The translations under genes and the position numbers were made by a program. DNA of 64,000 nucleotides from Cetorhinus maximus (Eukaryota), in the NCBI RefSeq assembly GCF_964194155.1, contig NC_135897.1, positions 70,866,001-70,930,000 on the forward strand, given 5' to 3'. Positions 38,791-51,468 of the stretch are shown piece after piece. The notes beneath the pieces are model-generated. The model ran no database searches and was not told where the DNA came from. It saw only the letters and a list, made by a program, of their open reading frames with translations. How positions within the stretch are numbered: the first letter of the stretch is position 1; every line of letters starts with the position of its first letter.

Positions 38791-41459
38791 TGCTTTGGTA
38801 AAGCATGAATTCCACTGTGACAGTTGATTGTCCCAATTACTTGAAATCAGACCAGTAAGTGAAAAATGATTAAAACTTCCTTCTATAATAGGAAGTGCAA
38901 GTGACTTTGAACCAAGTATTTCCATCAAAAATTGATCTTTATCTCATTTAAATGCTGGATACTTGAAGATGAAAGTTCTGGTTATCATTCTGAAAATAAA
39001 CTGCCTTATTTTGGTATTCACAATCCTGGAACGAGCTTTTAAATCTAAATTTCCAGACCCTCATGGGCATCATCTAGTTGTACTGAACCTACGTCCATTG
39101 TATTGAGCAATGGCAGTGCATCATACAGCCAATATCCTTTAGGAGGGTGCAAAGATGTAATTAAATATTTATAAGAGCTACTTTGTACTGAGCTAAAACT
39201 ATCTTGGTACACCATCCATTGTATCCAGAACCCACCAAGTCTTTTACAGATTAGGAGACTAAAGACGTGTCACATCATAAACATTAGTGCAATAATAGAA
39301 GCTGTGAGTAAAGTAGAAGAGACTTTTTTTTACTCGCGCAAGGAGAGCTGTTGTAATTAGTTCTATGTTGTTATGGAGATTGGACAATAAAGTATTTGAG
39401 GAGTATTTAGCCCTTTCTTACTGACTTCTCATTGTCCTTCCTACATCTTTTCTTTTTCCTTATTGTGTGGTGTGACCTTCCTTATGGAAGTATTTTTTTC
39501 ATACTGTGTTCACGGTCTGGAGTTTCTGGTTAATTGTACTGTGTTTAACTGAGAATGAAGTAGGACGCAATGCCAAGAAGTATTTGTATGATGCTGTTAT
39601 CCACACGATCAAATTAAGTTACCCTAAGTCTGAAGTATTAACATTACAAATATAAAAATGCTGTAAATTTTTGAAGTTTGGTGTATGCATATTAATTTCA
39701 ACATTTTAAATGGTAACCACCTAAATGTGAAAAATAATTTTTTCTTGCAAGAGTTATTAATCTTAAATTTTGTTGATACTTGCAACCAAGTTGTTAATGC
39801 ACAAAAAATTGCCTGCAGTTCTTTACAAAAACCCATGAAATTGTTTGACCAGTGCCCTCTGCAGGCAGGCATCATTTCTGCTTAAAGAAGAAGTCACACT
39901 TTCTCCTAATCGATAAGCATGGTACAGTAGGACATCATTGTTACCAATCTCTCATGATAGCCATCACCCCTCGAGTTGGAATTATCACCAAAAGCTCGGT
40001 AAATTCCACCGAGAGTACAGAACTACTATGGCAGTCTCTGCATGCTTGTAAAATGAGATTGAGCAACAAAACCAGTGAGATGTCTAGTCTTTCTGCTATC
40101 TCTGTCATTTGCACGTTAACTATTTGAAAAATGGGAGTGGGTTTCTGAGCAGTTGAATAGGGGAATAAATGCACCTCCCCCCCCGCACCCCATATCAAGC
40201 CTGTAATTTTGCTATTGATACAACAGGCAGCCACATATGGCTGACAGGGCCAGCAGTGTTTACCTTGGCACTACTTTTTAAAATGGGAAAATATCTTCAG
40301 GTAAGGTATATTTTTATTTGAAAAGTAAATATTTAGAATCAGTTTACAAAATCAGTTCCACAAGCCTTAAACCTGAACAATCTGTCAGCTGTGCTTCTTG
40401 AAGGAAAAAAGACTTGCATTTATATAGTGCCATACAACAGTGACCACTGAACATCTCAACGCACTTTACATCCAATGAAATACTTCTGCAGTGCAGTCGC
40501 AGTTGTAATGTATGATTTATATGGTATTCTGTGACTGAGAATTCCATTTGATGATGAATTCCTCAATCACATTTGGGATCAGAAGTTTTATGAAACTGGG
40601 AATTAACAGATGTTGCCTGCTTTTCAGTCAGTTATGTGCAAAGCTTTAAGGCAAAACATTGGGCCGAATCTTCTGTGAACTGGCAATTACCATCAGATTG
40701 CCACCCCACTCCTAGTTTCTTACCTTAGACTGGAGCTCCACATTTTTGCCCAGATTTCTAACTTGGGCCTGCTGAGAAATGTGGAGCGTAGCTGCTCCTG
40801 GAGTCCTTCAGTGTAGTGTAGGAGCATTGGTGGAAACAAAGCCACATCCCTTTTTTATAGCACTAGCTGCCATATTCTGGTAAGTTTGTACTTTTGACAA
40901 GCTGTGAGAAAAGGTACGTTTGTAAGGTAAGTGGGTAAGGATGGGTCGGGGGTGGGGGTGGTTAGGGGAGGGGTAGTTGCGGGGGTCAGTAGGAACTAGA
41001 ACTATTTTTAATCCTGGGTAAGTAAACCTGTTAAATAAATCGAAGCCATCTGAAGTCTCTGACTTTAAATCAGAGTTTCATAGGGTTCCAGATGCAGGGT
41101 TGTTGCCCAAACAGAAGTTGAAACTTCCTGGGCAATTCTCATGCCGTTCTTGGGAATTTACTGGGGTGTCCCGTCCCCCCCCCCAACGCAACCTCTGGAG
41201 TATGACCCACCAGAGAACAGATCTGGACTATTAAGTTCTAGTTCACATCTACATGTTGAGAAAATAAAAAAGTAGCAATAAGTAAGTGGTGGTTATGCCA
41301 CTCAGACCCAAATTTAGCCTAATGTGACAGGCTCTAAATAGTTATAATGTTCAGGGGAGACTTTCTTATTTGGAGCTTTCTACATGTGGATGAATGATCA
41401 TGACAGCACTGTAGTCAGAATCAAATGTTCCAGACAGTAAGACTGCATTAGATGGCATC

Positions 41460-41900
41460 TGTAAAATTATCATCCAAAACTCTGCTGCCCATTTTCTAAA
41501 TTGCGCCAAACCCTGTTCACCCATCATCCCTGTGCTCACTGAGCTACACCAACTGGCAGTTGAGCAATGCCTTGATTTTAAAATTCTCTTGCTTGTTTTG
41601 TAATCTCCTCCAGCTGCATGACCCTCAAATCTGCACTCATCTAATTGTGGTATCTTAAACATCCCTGATTTTAATTCTCCACCATTTGTGACCATGCATT
41701 CAGCTGTGTTGGTCCTGAGCTCTGGAATTCTCTTCCCAAACCTCTTTACCTCTTTCCTCCACTAAGGTGCTTCTCGACCAAGATTTTGACCACCTGCTCT
41801 AATATCTCCTTAAGTAGCTCGGTGTCACATTTTGTTTTATAATGCTCCTGTGAAGTGCCTTGGGACATTTTATGCTAAACGTGCTATATAAATGTAAGTT
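41460..41900 (+). mobile_element. L2-type LINE 3' remnant
   Basis: CATCCAAAACTCTGCTGCCC..CCCATCATCCCTGTGCTC..TTTAAAATTCTC..CTCTGGAATTCTCTTCC and a SINE-like tail; similar to 62920-63510. Confidence 0.65.
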
Positions 41901-42229
41901 TGTTTGAAGGATTTCCACCTGGACCCTACTGTGATGTGAGTACCATGTTTAGTGAATAATATTTTTATATTGGAACCAAGATCCTGGAATCCTCATCTGA
42001 CGCTCATTATCTTCCAGGGGCCTGAATCATGTCATTCATGGGCCATCTCCCCCAGTGGCACAAAAGCTGGGTCAAATTTTGCTGGATTACAAATAATAAT
42101 GCCTCAACCAAAGATTGAAATTGTGGACCCAATCTGCTGAAGAAGCACCAACCCCAGACATTTTATTAAGCCACATGGACTGGAGTTTTGGATGCTCTGT
42201 TGTCTCCAAAGTGCCACAGGCAGGGACAT

Positions 42230-42595
42230 TTTGAACATACTGTAAAAGATTGCCAGAGGATGGAGCCAGTTATTGTGATCCACATGGGAACCAATGATCT
42301 AGGTAACATCTGAAGTCTTCAAGGCCAGTTTAGGAAGCAGATTTAGGATCAGGACTTTTAAGGGTGGGCATCTCAATTACTCCCTCAGCCACATTATGGA
42401 ATTGGAAGACAGGAAGATTTAGGGAGCTCAATACATGGCTGATGGGGTGTTGTCAGGAAGAGGATTTCTGTTTTATGGGGCATTTGTACTAGTTCTGCAG
42501 AAGCTGGAAGTAATTTCCCAAAGATGGGCTATGGCTGAGCAGAAAAGGAGCTAATAAACTAGTAAAGAAAAATAGGTGAAGAATAATTTAAACTA
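42230..42595 (+). mobile_element. Degraded CR1 ORF1 esterase fragment
   Basis: VIVIHMGTND motif, followed by NTWL-like and DGL-like motifs. Confidence 0.55.
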
Positions 42596-43144
42596 GAAAT
42601 GATGATTGGGGAGGAGAAAAGCTCAGAAGCTACAATTGGTGATGGTAGAAATAATGTAGTAAAGATACAATTTTTTTTAAATGCAAAAAGAATATTGTGC
42701 AGAAAAAAAGGGAATACAAGCACTGAATCCTTTTTATTGTGTACAGTCTCTTCATTTTAATGCATGGTACCTTAAATTTTTTTGTGTGGGACCACTTAGG
42801 CCTGCACACTTTTGGGTTACTGGACATCCAAACGTGCATGCACCTTGGAATGTTGAATAGAGGAGGAATATCAAATTGACCAGTTATAAACAGAAAAAAT
42901 ATAAATGAACGCAGTGTTAAATAGAGAAAAAAATCTACGATGTGGTACACTGTGTGGATAATAAAATGGGTATTGGAAATTATATGACAAAAAGATTGAT
43001 TTAACAGCACTAACAAATGTTCTGCAAACTTGGTAGGAGTGAAAACGAATGCTGCAATGTGTTTAAGAAAGGAAATACTTATAGGTCGTATTACATACCC
43101 TCTTATTGTGTCAGGAAAATAGAAGACCAAATCTAGGTGGGGAG

Positions 43145-43680
43145 ATAGAATCATGCAACATAGAAGGAAGCCATTCTATCCATCATGCCAGTTCTGACTC
43201 TTCGAAGAATGCTCCAGTTAGTCAAATTGCCCCGCTCTTTCTCCAGAGCCTTGAAAGTGTTTCCCTCTTAAGGAAGTTCCATTCTGAAAGTTACTACTGA
43301 ATTTGTTTCCACTGTCATTTTAGGCAATGCATTCCAGATCACTGTAACTCAGTGTAAAAGAAAAAAATAAAAATAATTCTTCTAATGGATGTCCCTGGCT
43401 TTTTTTATGAATGATATTTAGTATGTATCCTCTGGTTACTAACCCTCCTTCCAGTGGCAATAGTTTCTCCCAATATCAAAGCCCCTCATAATTTTGAAAA
43501 TACATTATTTTTCCCCTTAGAGACAAGAAAGAGAGCAATTCTAGTTTCTCTAATTTCTCAACAATTGAAATCCTTCATCTCTGGTACCATTCTGGTAAAT
43601 TTCTCCATTCTCTCCAAGGCTTTGACATCCTAAAGTGTGTTGCCTGGAAATGAACACAACACATTAGCTGAAGGCTAACC
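43145..43680 (-). mobile_element. Old CR1 3' fragment
   Basis: CR1 tail ATAGAATCATG; AATGCATTCCAGATC (WNAL on minus). Confidence 0.6.
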
Positions 43681-44204
43681 AGGTGAGCCACATTTTTGAA
43701 CTGTTGCAGTGCATGTGATGTTGATACTCCCACAGTACAGGATTTTAACCCAGTGACGAAGTATTGGTGATATATTTCCAAGTCAGGATGGTGTGTAACT
43801 TGGAGGGGAACTGGCAGGTGGTGGTGTTGCTATGTGCCTGCTGCCCTTATTCCTTTAGGCTGTAAGTGTCGTGGGTTAGGGAGGTGCTGTCAAAAGAGCG
43901 TTGGTGAGTTGCATATTGTAAATGGTATACATTACATACACACAGTGTCGCTAATGGAGGGGGTGAATGTTTAAAAATTGCCCTGAATGGTATTGAGTTT
44001 CTTGAATGTTGTTGGTCTTGTACTCATCCAGACATTGGGGAGTCAGGAGGTAAGATATTTACTGCTGAAACGTTGGCCTCTGACTGGCTCTTTCGGCCAC
44101 AGAGCTGCTACCTTCCAGTTGTTTGCCCTAAAGTTTATTTGATGCCCATGAATAAATGTAGTTTGGACAAGAACAAGGCAATTGAAATGTCTATGATTTA
44201 TATT

Positions 44205-44575
44205 TAATCTTCTTAGGCAGTCCCTCGGGATCAAAGATGACTTGCTTCCACTCTGGTTCGATGGACTTAGCAACTCTCAGACCTAAGGTGCAATCTGTAG
44301 ACTGCCGCACGCAGGGCAGGTGGTGCAGATGAGTTGTTAGGAGGTTTCTGCACTATCTCCAACACCTTGACTTTGCCTCTGTGTGTTCCTGACAAAGTAT
44401 CTCAATATGCCTGGTGCCTTCCCGAATGAGCCTTCTGCATTTTGGTTGGTCACAAGCCAGGGACTCCCATGAGTCAGCAGGGTTGTTTGACCTCTTCAGC
44501 AATGCTTTGAGGACATCCCTAAAGCGTTTCCATTGTCTTCCTGGGAGCAACCTGCCACAACTTAGTTCCTAGTAG
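44205..44575 (-). mobile_element. RTE-clade LINE 3' fragment
   Basis: GRQWKRFRDVLKALLK..SWESLACDQPKCRRLIREG is typical of an RTE C-terminus. Confidence 0.7.
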
Positions 44576-44602
44576 AGCAGATGCTCAGTAGTCAGAAGCT
44601 CT

Positions 44603-45458
44603 TGTTAGAATCATATCTCTCAGGACTGAAGTTTTCTTTTACAAAATGGAAGGATTTGGCATCACCTGGGCATCTGGATGCTAACCTGGGATTTTTTTTA
44701 ACAGGTGATAAGTTCACCTTGGAGCTATCAACAAGCAGGCTTCTTCCAAGAAATCACCTACCTATATGGTACTAGAGAAGGAATTGTTTGTGTTGAAATC
44801 AAAGGAACTTTAACAAAAACCTGGGAGACAAAAAGGCAATCTCATGGGAGCGAGGTTGTGAACCTGCTTGTTTTGAAAGCAGTCTTGTTGGAGAACAAGC
44901 TGAGAAAGGAAGACAGCCTTGACTGGACTCCTCTCTCTACTTTGTCTAAACTTGTGCACGGCTATCAACCTGTAGCCAGAGAACCCTTCTCTGAGTGTAA
45001 CTAGTCTGCATTTGGACCTGCAAAGCTGAGACCAGTGGTGAGAACTTCCAGCCATCCATCGGGACCAGCGAGCTGTCTTCACATGTCGACAGCTTTGAGA
45101 CCCTGAGGACTTTATTTTATAATGCCCATCCTCCAAATCCCATCTCTGCAGAGAGGCTCAAGCTTTTGTCCTTTGTTTGTCTGTGTGTGCTGAGGGGGAA
45201 TTCTTTAGGAAAAGGTAGATAGTTATGCTTTACGACTACCATTGTGTGTTAACCAGTACTTGCAACTTATTAAAATAAGTTTTGTTTTAAAATAAATCAT
45301 TGAGTTTTTGAAAGAAGCCTGGTCAGAGTCTCTTTTCTAGGAGTATAGGTAAACGATTGGCCATTTCGGTGAGAAAATTAAACATTTAAATTAATGGTAT
45401 GGCCTGCGGAATAGTGGGGCTTGATAATTTATGCACTCCTCCCATCCCGGTTGTAACA
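44603..45458 (+). mobile_element. Probable solo LTR (~856 bp) inserted in a SINE
   Basis: TGTTA...TAACA termini; internal AATAAA ~45291. The flanks rejoin into sequence similar to the SINE head at 4220-4320. Confidence 0.6.
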
Positions 45459-46039
45459 CTACATTCAATTCTTCCAGGACTTGTTGGCCATGAAAGGGGC
45501 ATTCATAACTTGGTGCAAACAGATTGGATAATCAGCCTGCTAATCCTTCCAGCTGTTCCCTAAAGGGAAAAGTGTATGTGAAGACACAAAACAAACAAAC
45601 CAATAGTTTGATTTAATGCTAAACTGTTTGCTGGTATCCATAAGATATATTAACACTCATGTCCATTTATACTTCCTGGTGCAATTATGTGCACAGGCTG
45701 GAGAAGCTGATGTTTTTCTCCTTAAGAGCAGAGATGGTTAAGGGGTGATTTGATAATCATGAAGGCTTTAGATGTAGTAAATAAAGAGAAATAGTTTCCA
45801 ATGGCTGAACGTTCAACAACAAGAGGAACCAGATTTAAGGTGATTAGCAAACAACCAGAGGCAACATAAGGAAAAACTTTATGGAATGACTGTAAAATTT
45901 GAAATGCACTGCCTGATGGGCATTTCTATTTCTGTTCAATTAAAGCTGATTATCTCAGATGATTATCAAACAGTCAAATCCTTACAAGTTGAAGTTGTTG
46001 CAGATGGGAAGCAGCAACAAACGAGTCTTGCTGTGGAAG

Positions 46040-46260
46040 ATCAAAGATTGCACCCTGCTTCAGCGATGGCTCCTGGATGTGCTGCTGAGGGCCGACAGAG
46101 TCAGAGGGCTGTACTGTGCCTGACGGGAGGAAGAAGATAGTTGGAGTCAGTAGGAAAGGGTGCTTCGACGTAGCAAGAGGTCAGCAGCAGGAATATGGTG
46201 CCACGTACCTGGATACAATGCTGGCAGCAGTTCAATGACCTAAGCAAGGCAGGAAAGGTG
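46040..46260 (+). mobile_element. Harbinger Myb/SANT-like DNA-binding ORF remnant
   Basis: IAPCFSDGS/DVLLRA ... SSRNMVPRTWIQCWQQFNDLSKAGK, followed by a GT donor. Confidence 0.65.
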
Positions 46261-46329
46261 AAAGAAATGGTACATTCCTCTACATACTGATTTGTCTTTA
46301 CTTTGATTTAGCAAGCCTATTGCAACACA

Positions 46330-47260
46330 TTGGTCCTCACACCAACTTACCCTGCAAGGTTTCCAGGCAATTCTTCAACCTTTACCTTTCCTGTTTTAAC
46401 AACTTGCCTTCCCTCAGGCTCTTCAACTAAGTGGGGAATCTCCGTCACTGTCTCTTTTCCTGCTCTGGGTCTTCTCTGGTCACTGTTTAATTTTGGGAAG
46501 AAGGTATCTGCCAACCCAATTTCTGGGTTATACTTTGGGTCTGTTTGAGATTCTATTGGTCCTTCCTGGACCTCTGTTTACTGGCCTAACTTCTGCCTTG
46601 TTGAGTTAAGTTCAAGTAGCTCTCTTAGTTACCTCAATCATTACAGATTCTAATTCACCCTTTTGCTTTACTGCCAGTCAAAAATAATTTCTGAGGAGGA
46701 ACCCAATCCCTGCTATTGATAGCTGGAGGACCATTGTTACTGTTATAGAACCTGAGGCGAGGTCACACTGTAGGGTGTTTCGATGGAGGGGGACAGACAT
46801 GTATCCCCCCCCCTCATGCCACTGATCAGCGCTTTGACTTTCGGGGGGGTGGGGGCGGGGGGGTGATGGGTGGGGTGGGCTTATGTTTCCCTCCAACGTT
46901 AAGGGCTGAGTGGTCCCTGTGTCCTGGAGGAGTAAAACGGACTTGCTCACATTCTGGCATGAATACAGGGTTGCTGTTCCTGAATGGACAAAACTCTGAA
47001 AGCTCTCTTAGAGTTTTTCTGGCCCAGCCACGTATAGGACCATGCCCTCTGAAAGATAAATTTCTGCAGCGAGGGTCCCTTTTGCTCTGCTGCACTAGCT
47101 ATTGGTGCAGCCTTCTGGGGACTACTCTTATGGAGCCCAAGTACACCCTCAGGCTTCCCTTTGAACCCCCAGCATTCAGGTCTGGCATGTCCTATTTTAT
47201 TACAATGGAAACACACCAGTCACTGGATGTTCTCTTTTTGCACTGGAGGAGGACTCCTCA
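46330..47260 (-). mobile_element. Gypsy (Gmr1-like) gag-protease fragment
   Basis: Zinc knuckle CFHCNKIGHARPEC; protease LLQDTGTTQ..SVPLHR..LQCDLASG..GFLLRN. Confidence 0.8.
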
Positions 47261-47421
47261 CATCAGTGTAGAATCAGCGTCAGAGCACAGGATGCTCCAA
47301 GCTCTGATCAACTGGATGCAGATGCTTAACCTCGGGAACCATTTAGAAAGACAATACTTCTGGAGCAGCAGCAAAGAATGTGCGAAAGACTAGCAGCATT
47401 TCTAGTTGCACTGTGTACACT

Positions 47422-50400
47422 TCACAGGATCACAGAATCACAGTGCAGAAGAGGCCCTTCGGCCCATCGAGTCTGCACCGACACGTGAGAAACACCTGAC
47501 CCTACCCATCTAATCCCATTTACCAGCACTTGGCCCATAGCCTTGAATGTTATGACGTGCCAAGTGCTCATCCAGGTACTTTTTAAAGGATGTGAGGCAA
47601 CCCGCCTCCACCACCCTCCCAGGCAGCGCATTCCAGACCATCACCACCCTCTGGGTAAAAAGGTTTTTCCTCACATCCCCCCTAAACCTCCTGCCCCTCA
47701 CCTTGAACCTATGCCCCCTTGTGTCTGACCTTTCAACTAAGGGGAACGGCTGCTCCCTATCCACCCTGTCCATGCCCCTCATAATCTTGTACACCTCGAT
47801 CAGTTCGCCCCTCAGTCTTCTCTGCTCCAATGAAAACAACCCAAGTCTATCCAACCTCTCTTCATAACTTAAATGTTTCATCCCAGGCAACATCCTGGTG
47901 AATCTCCTCTGCACTCCCTCCAGTGCAATCACATTCTTCCTATAATGTGGCGACCAGAACTGCACACAGTACTCCAGCTGTGGCCTCACCAAGGTTCTAT
48001 ACAACTCCAACATGACCTCCCTACTTTTGTAATCTATGCCTTGATTGATAAAGGCAAGTGTCCCATATGCTTTTTTCACCACCCCACTAACATGCCCCTC
48101 CACCTTCAGAGATCTATGGACACACACGCCAAGGTCCCTTTGTTCCTCAGAACATCCTAGTATCATACTGTTCATTGAATACTTCCTTGTCAAATTACTC
48201 CTTTCGAAGTGTATCACCTCACACTTTTCAGGGTTAAATTCCATCTGCCACTTATCTGCCCATTTGACCATCCCGTCTATAGCTTCCTGTAGCCCAAGAC
48301 CCTCAACCTCACTGTTAACCACCCGGCCAATCTTTGTGTCATCCACAAACTTACTAATCCTACCCCCCACATAGTCATCTATGTCATTTATATAAATGAC
48401 AAATAATAGGGGACCAAGCACAGATCCCTGTGGTACGCCACTGGACACTGGCTTCCAGTCACTAAAGCATCCTTCTGTCATCACCCTCTGCCTCCTACAA
48501 CTAAGCCAATTTTGAATCCACCTTATCAAATTACCCTGTATCCCATGTGCATTTGCCTTCTTTATTAGTCTCCCCTGTGGGACCTTGTCAAAGGCTTTGC
48601 TGAAATCCATATAAACTACATCAACTGCACGACCCTCATCTACACACCTGGTCACTTCCTCAAAAAATTCAATCAAATTTGTTAGGCGTGACCTCCCTCT
48701 GACAAAGCCATGCTGACTATCCCTGATCAAACCTTGCCTCTCCAAGTGGAGATAGATACTCTACTTCAGAACTTTCTCCAACAGTTTCCCTACCACTGAC
48801 GTGAGACTCACTGGCCTGTAGTTCCCTGGCTTATCTCTACAACCCTTCTTAAATAGTGGAACCACATTAAGTGTTCCCCAGTCCTCTGGCACCTCCCCCG
48901 TGGCCAGAGAGGAATTAAAAATTTGCGATCTCCTCCCTTGCCTCCCTCAGCAGTCTGGGACACAAATCATCTGGACCTGGATATTTGTCCACTTTTAAGC
49001 CTGCCAACACCTCCAATACCTTGTCACTCCCTGTACCAATTTGCTTAAGAACCTTGCAGTCTCTCTCCCCGAGTTCAATACCTTCATCCTCATTCTCTTG
49101 GGTGAAGACGGACGTGAAGTATTCATTCAACACTCTAGCGATGTCCTCTGGCTCCACCCATAGACTGCCCCCTTGGTCCCTGCTCTTTCCCTTGTTATCC
49201 TCTTCCCACTGATATACTTATAGAATATCTTGGAATTTTTCCTACTTTTACCAGCCAGAGCTTTCTCACTAATGCCTCTGTTGATTTGCTTCCCTTGTAC
49301 CTGCTAAAAGCCTCTCTTTTCCTTCTCATCGTAACCTGAATATCTCTGGTCATCCATGGTTCTCTGGGCTTGTTACTCCTTCCTATCACCCTAGAGGGAA
49401 CATGTTGAACCTGTACCCTCCCCATTTCCTTTTTGAACACCCCCCACTGTTCCTCTGTAGATTTCCCCACAAGTAACTGTTCCCAGTCTACCTTGGCCAG
49501 ATCCTGCCTTATTTTAATAAAATCTACTCTCCCCCAATCCAAAACATTTTTTTGCAACTTGTCTATTTCTTTGCCCATAACAAACTTAAACTGTGCCATG
49601 TTGTGGTCGCTATCACTAAAATGCTCGCCCACCACCACCTGAGCCACCTGTCTGGCTTCATTCCCCAGAATTAGGTCCAGCAATGCACCATCCCTCGTTG
49701 GACCCTCTACATATTGATCTAAAAAGTTCTCCTGTACACATTTCAAGAAATCCACTCCATCCAAGCCCTTAACACTATGTCTATCCCAATTAATGTTGGG
49801 AAAGTTGAAATCACCTAATATAATTACCCTATTGTTATTGTTTTTACACACCTCCACAAATTGTGCACATATTTACTCCTCAATTTCCCGCTGACCAGCT
49901 GGGGGTCTATAATAAATACCTAATAATGTGGTTGCCCCTTTTTTATTCCTAAGCTCTATCCACAAAGCTTCATTCGATGCCCCCTCCAAGATATCATCTC
50001 TCTTTACTGCAGTAACTGACTCCTTAACTAATAATGCAACGCCTCCTCCTCTTTTACCCCCTCCCCTGAAGATTCTATATCCTGCAATGTTGAGCTGCCA
50101 ATCCTGCCCTTCCCTCAACCACATCTCAGTGATGGCTACTATATCACAATTCCATGTGTCAATCCTCACCCATAACTCATCCGTTTTACCTGTAATACTC
50201 CTGGCATTAAAGTAGAGGCCATCCAGCCTTGCCGTACTCCCTTGAAGCTAATTGCAGCTGTACTCCCTCTGACTTGATTGTTTTACTGTATTATGATGTG
50301 TCCCTATTCTGCTAACATTGTATCCCCTCCCCCTGCCAAATTAGTTTAAACTCCTCCCAACAGCAGTAGCAAACCCGCCCACAAGGATGTTAGTCCCGCT

Positions 50401-51468
50401 CTGGTTCAGATGTAGGTTGTCCCACTTACACAAGTCCTACCTTCCCCAGAAACAGTCCCAGTGATCCAGGAATCTAAAACCCTCCCTCCTGCAAGCCACG
50501 TATTCATCTGCGCTATTCTCCTATTTCTGAGCTCGCTAGCATATGGCACTGGGAGTAATCCAGAGATTACAACCCGAGAGGTCTTGCTTTTTAGTCTACT
50601 GCCTAACTCCTTGAATTCTTGATGCAAGACCTCATCCCTCTTTCTATCTATGTCATTGGTACCAACATATACCATGACCTCTGCCTTATCACCCTCCCCC
50701 TTCAGGATGCCCTGCAGCCCTTCAGTGACATCCCAGACCCTGGCACCAGGGAGGCAACATACTATCCTGGAGTCACGTTGACGGCCAAAGTAGCGCCTAT
50801 CTGTTCCCCTGACTATCGAATCCCCTATTACTATTGCTCTTCCTCCCTTCCTCCCCTCCTGTACTGACAGGCTGGTTGTGGTGCCAGAAGCTTGGCTCTG
50901 TCTGCACTCCCTGGAGGAACCAGCGCCCTCATCAGCCTCCAAAACAGAATTCCAATTTGCGAGTGGGACCCCAGGGGACTCCTGAACTACCTGCCTGTTT
51001 CTCTTGAACTGCCTGGTGGTCACCCATTCCCTTCCTTCAAGTCCCTTCATCTGCGGTGTGACACCTCTCTAAATGTGCTATCCACGATGCTTTCAAACTC
51101 ACGGATGCTTCACAGTGTCCCCAGCCGCTGTTCCAGCTCTGAAACCCGAGCTTCCAGGAGCTGCAGCTGGACACGCTTCCTGCACACATGCTGGTCCCGG
51201 GCACTGGAAATGTCCCCGGCTTCCCACATGGAGCACGAGGAGCACACCACGACTTTTGAGCGCTCCTGCCATGACTTATCCCTTCAAATTAAACTTTTTA
51301 AGTCAATTACTCTAGGGCCCTTCTTTCCTGATCTTCGTTACTGTAGAATATACAAACTGTAAATCACAAAAAGACCTTAAACTATAAGCAATTAAAGTAG
51401 TAAATACCTTACCCACTACTTACCAGTGATTCCTTTCCCTTGTAGCCTCTCCTGCTGCAGCACGCTCT
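47422..51468 (-). mobile_element. Near full-length, relatively young CR1 LINE
   Basis: 3' (ATTCTGTG)-type tail; 411-aa open RT C-terminal segment 47510-48745; APE segments 49195-50169; ORF1 SGNH segment 50406-51050; ORF1 ATG at 51272. Frameshifted overall. Confidence 0.96.
47510..48745 (-). pseudogene. CR1 ORF2 reverse transcriptase open segment (411 aa)
   Basis: [33 protein letters not shown] (usually FADD). Upstream ORF2 is broken. Confidence 0.9.

Noticed and set aside
42630-43154. 174-aa minus-strand ORF
   Set aside because: AT-rich, F/I/H-biased translation with no motif and no exon structure.
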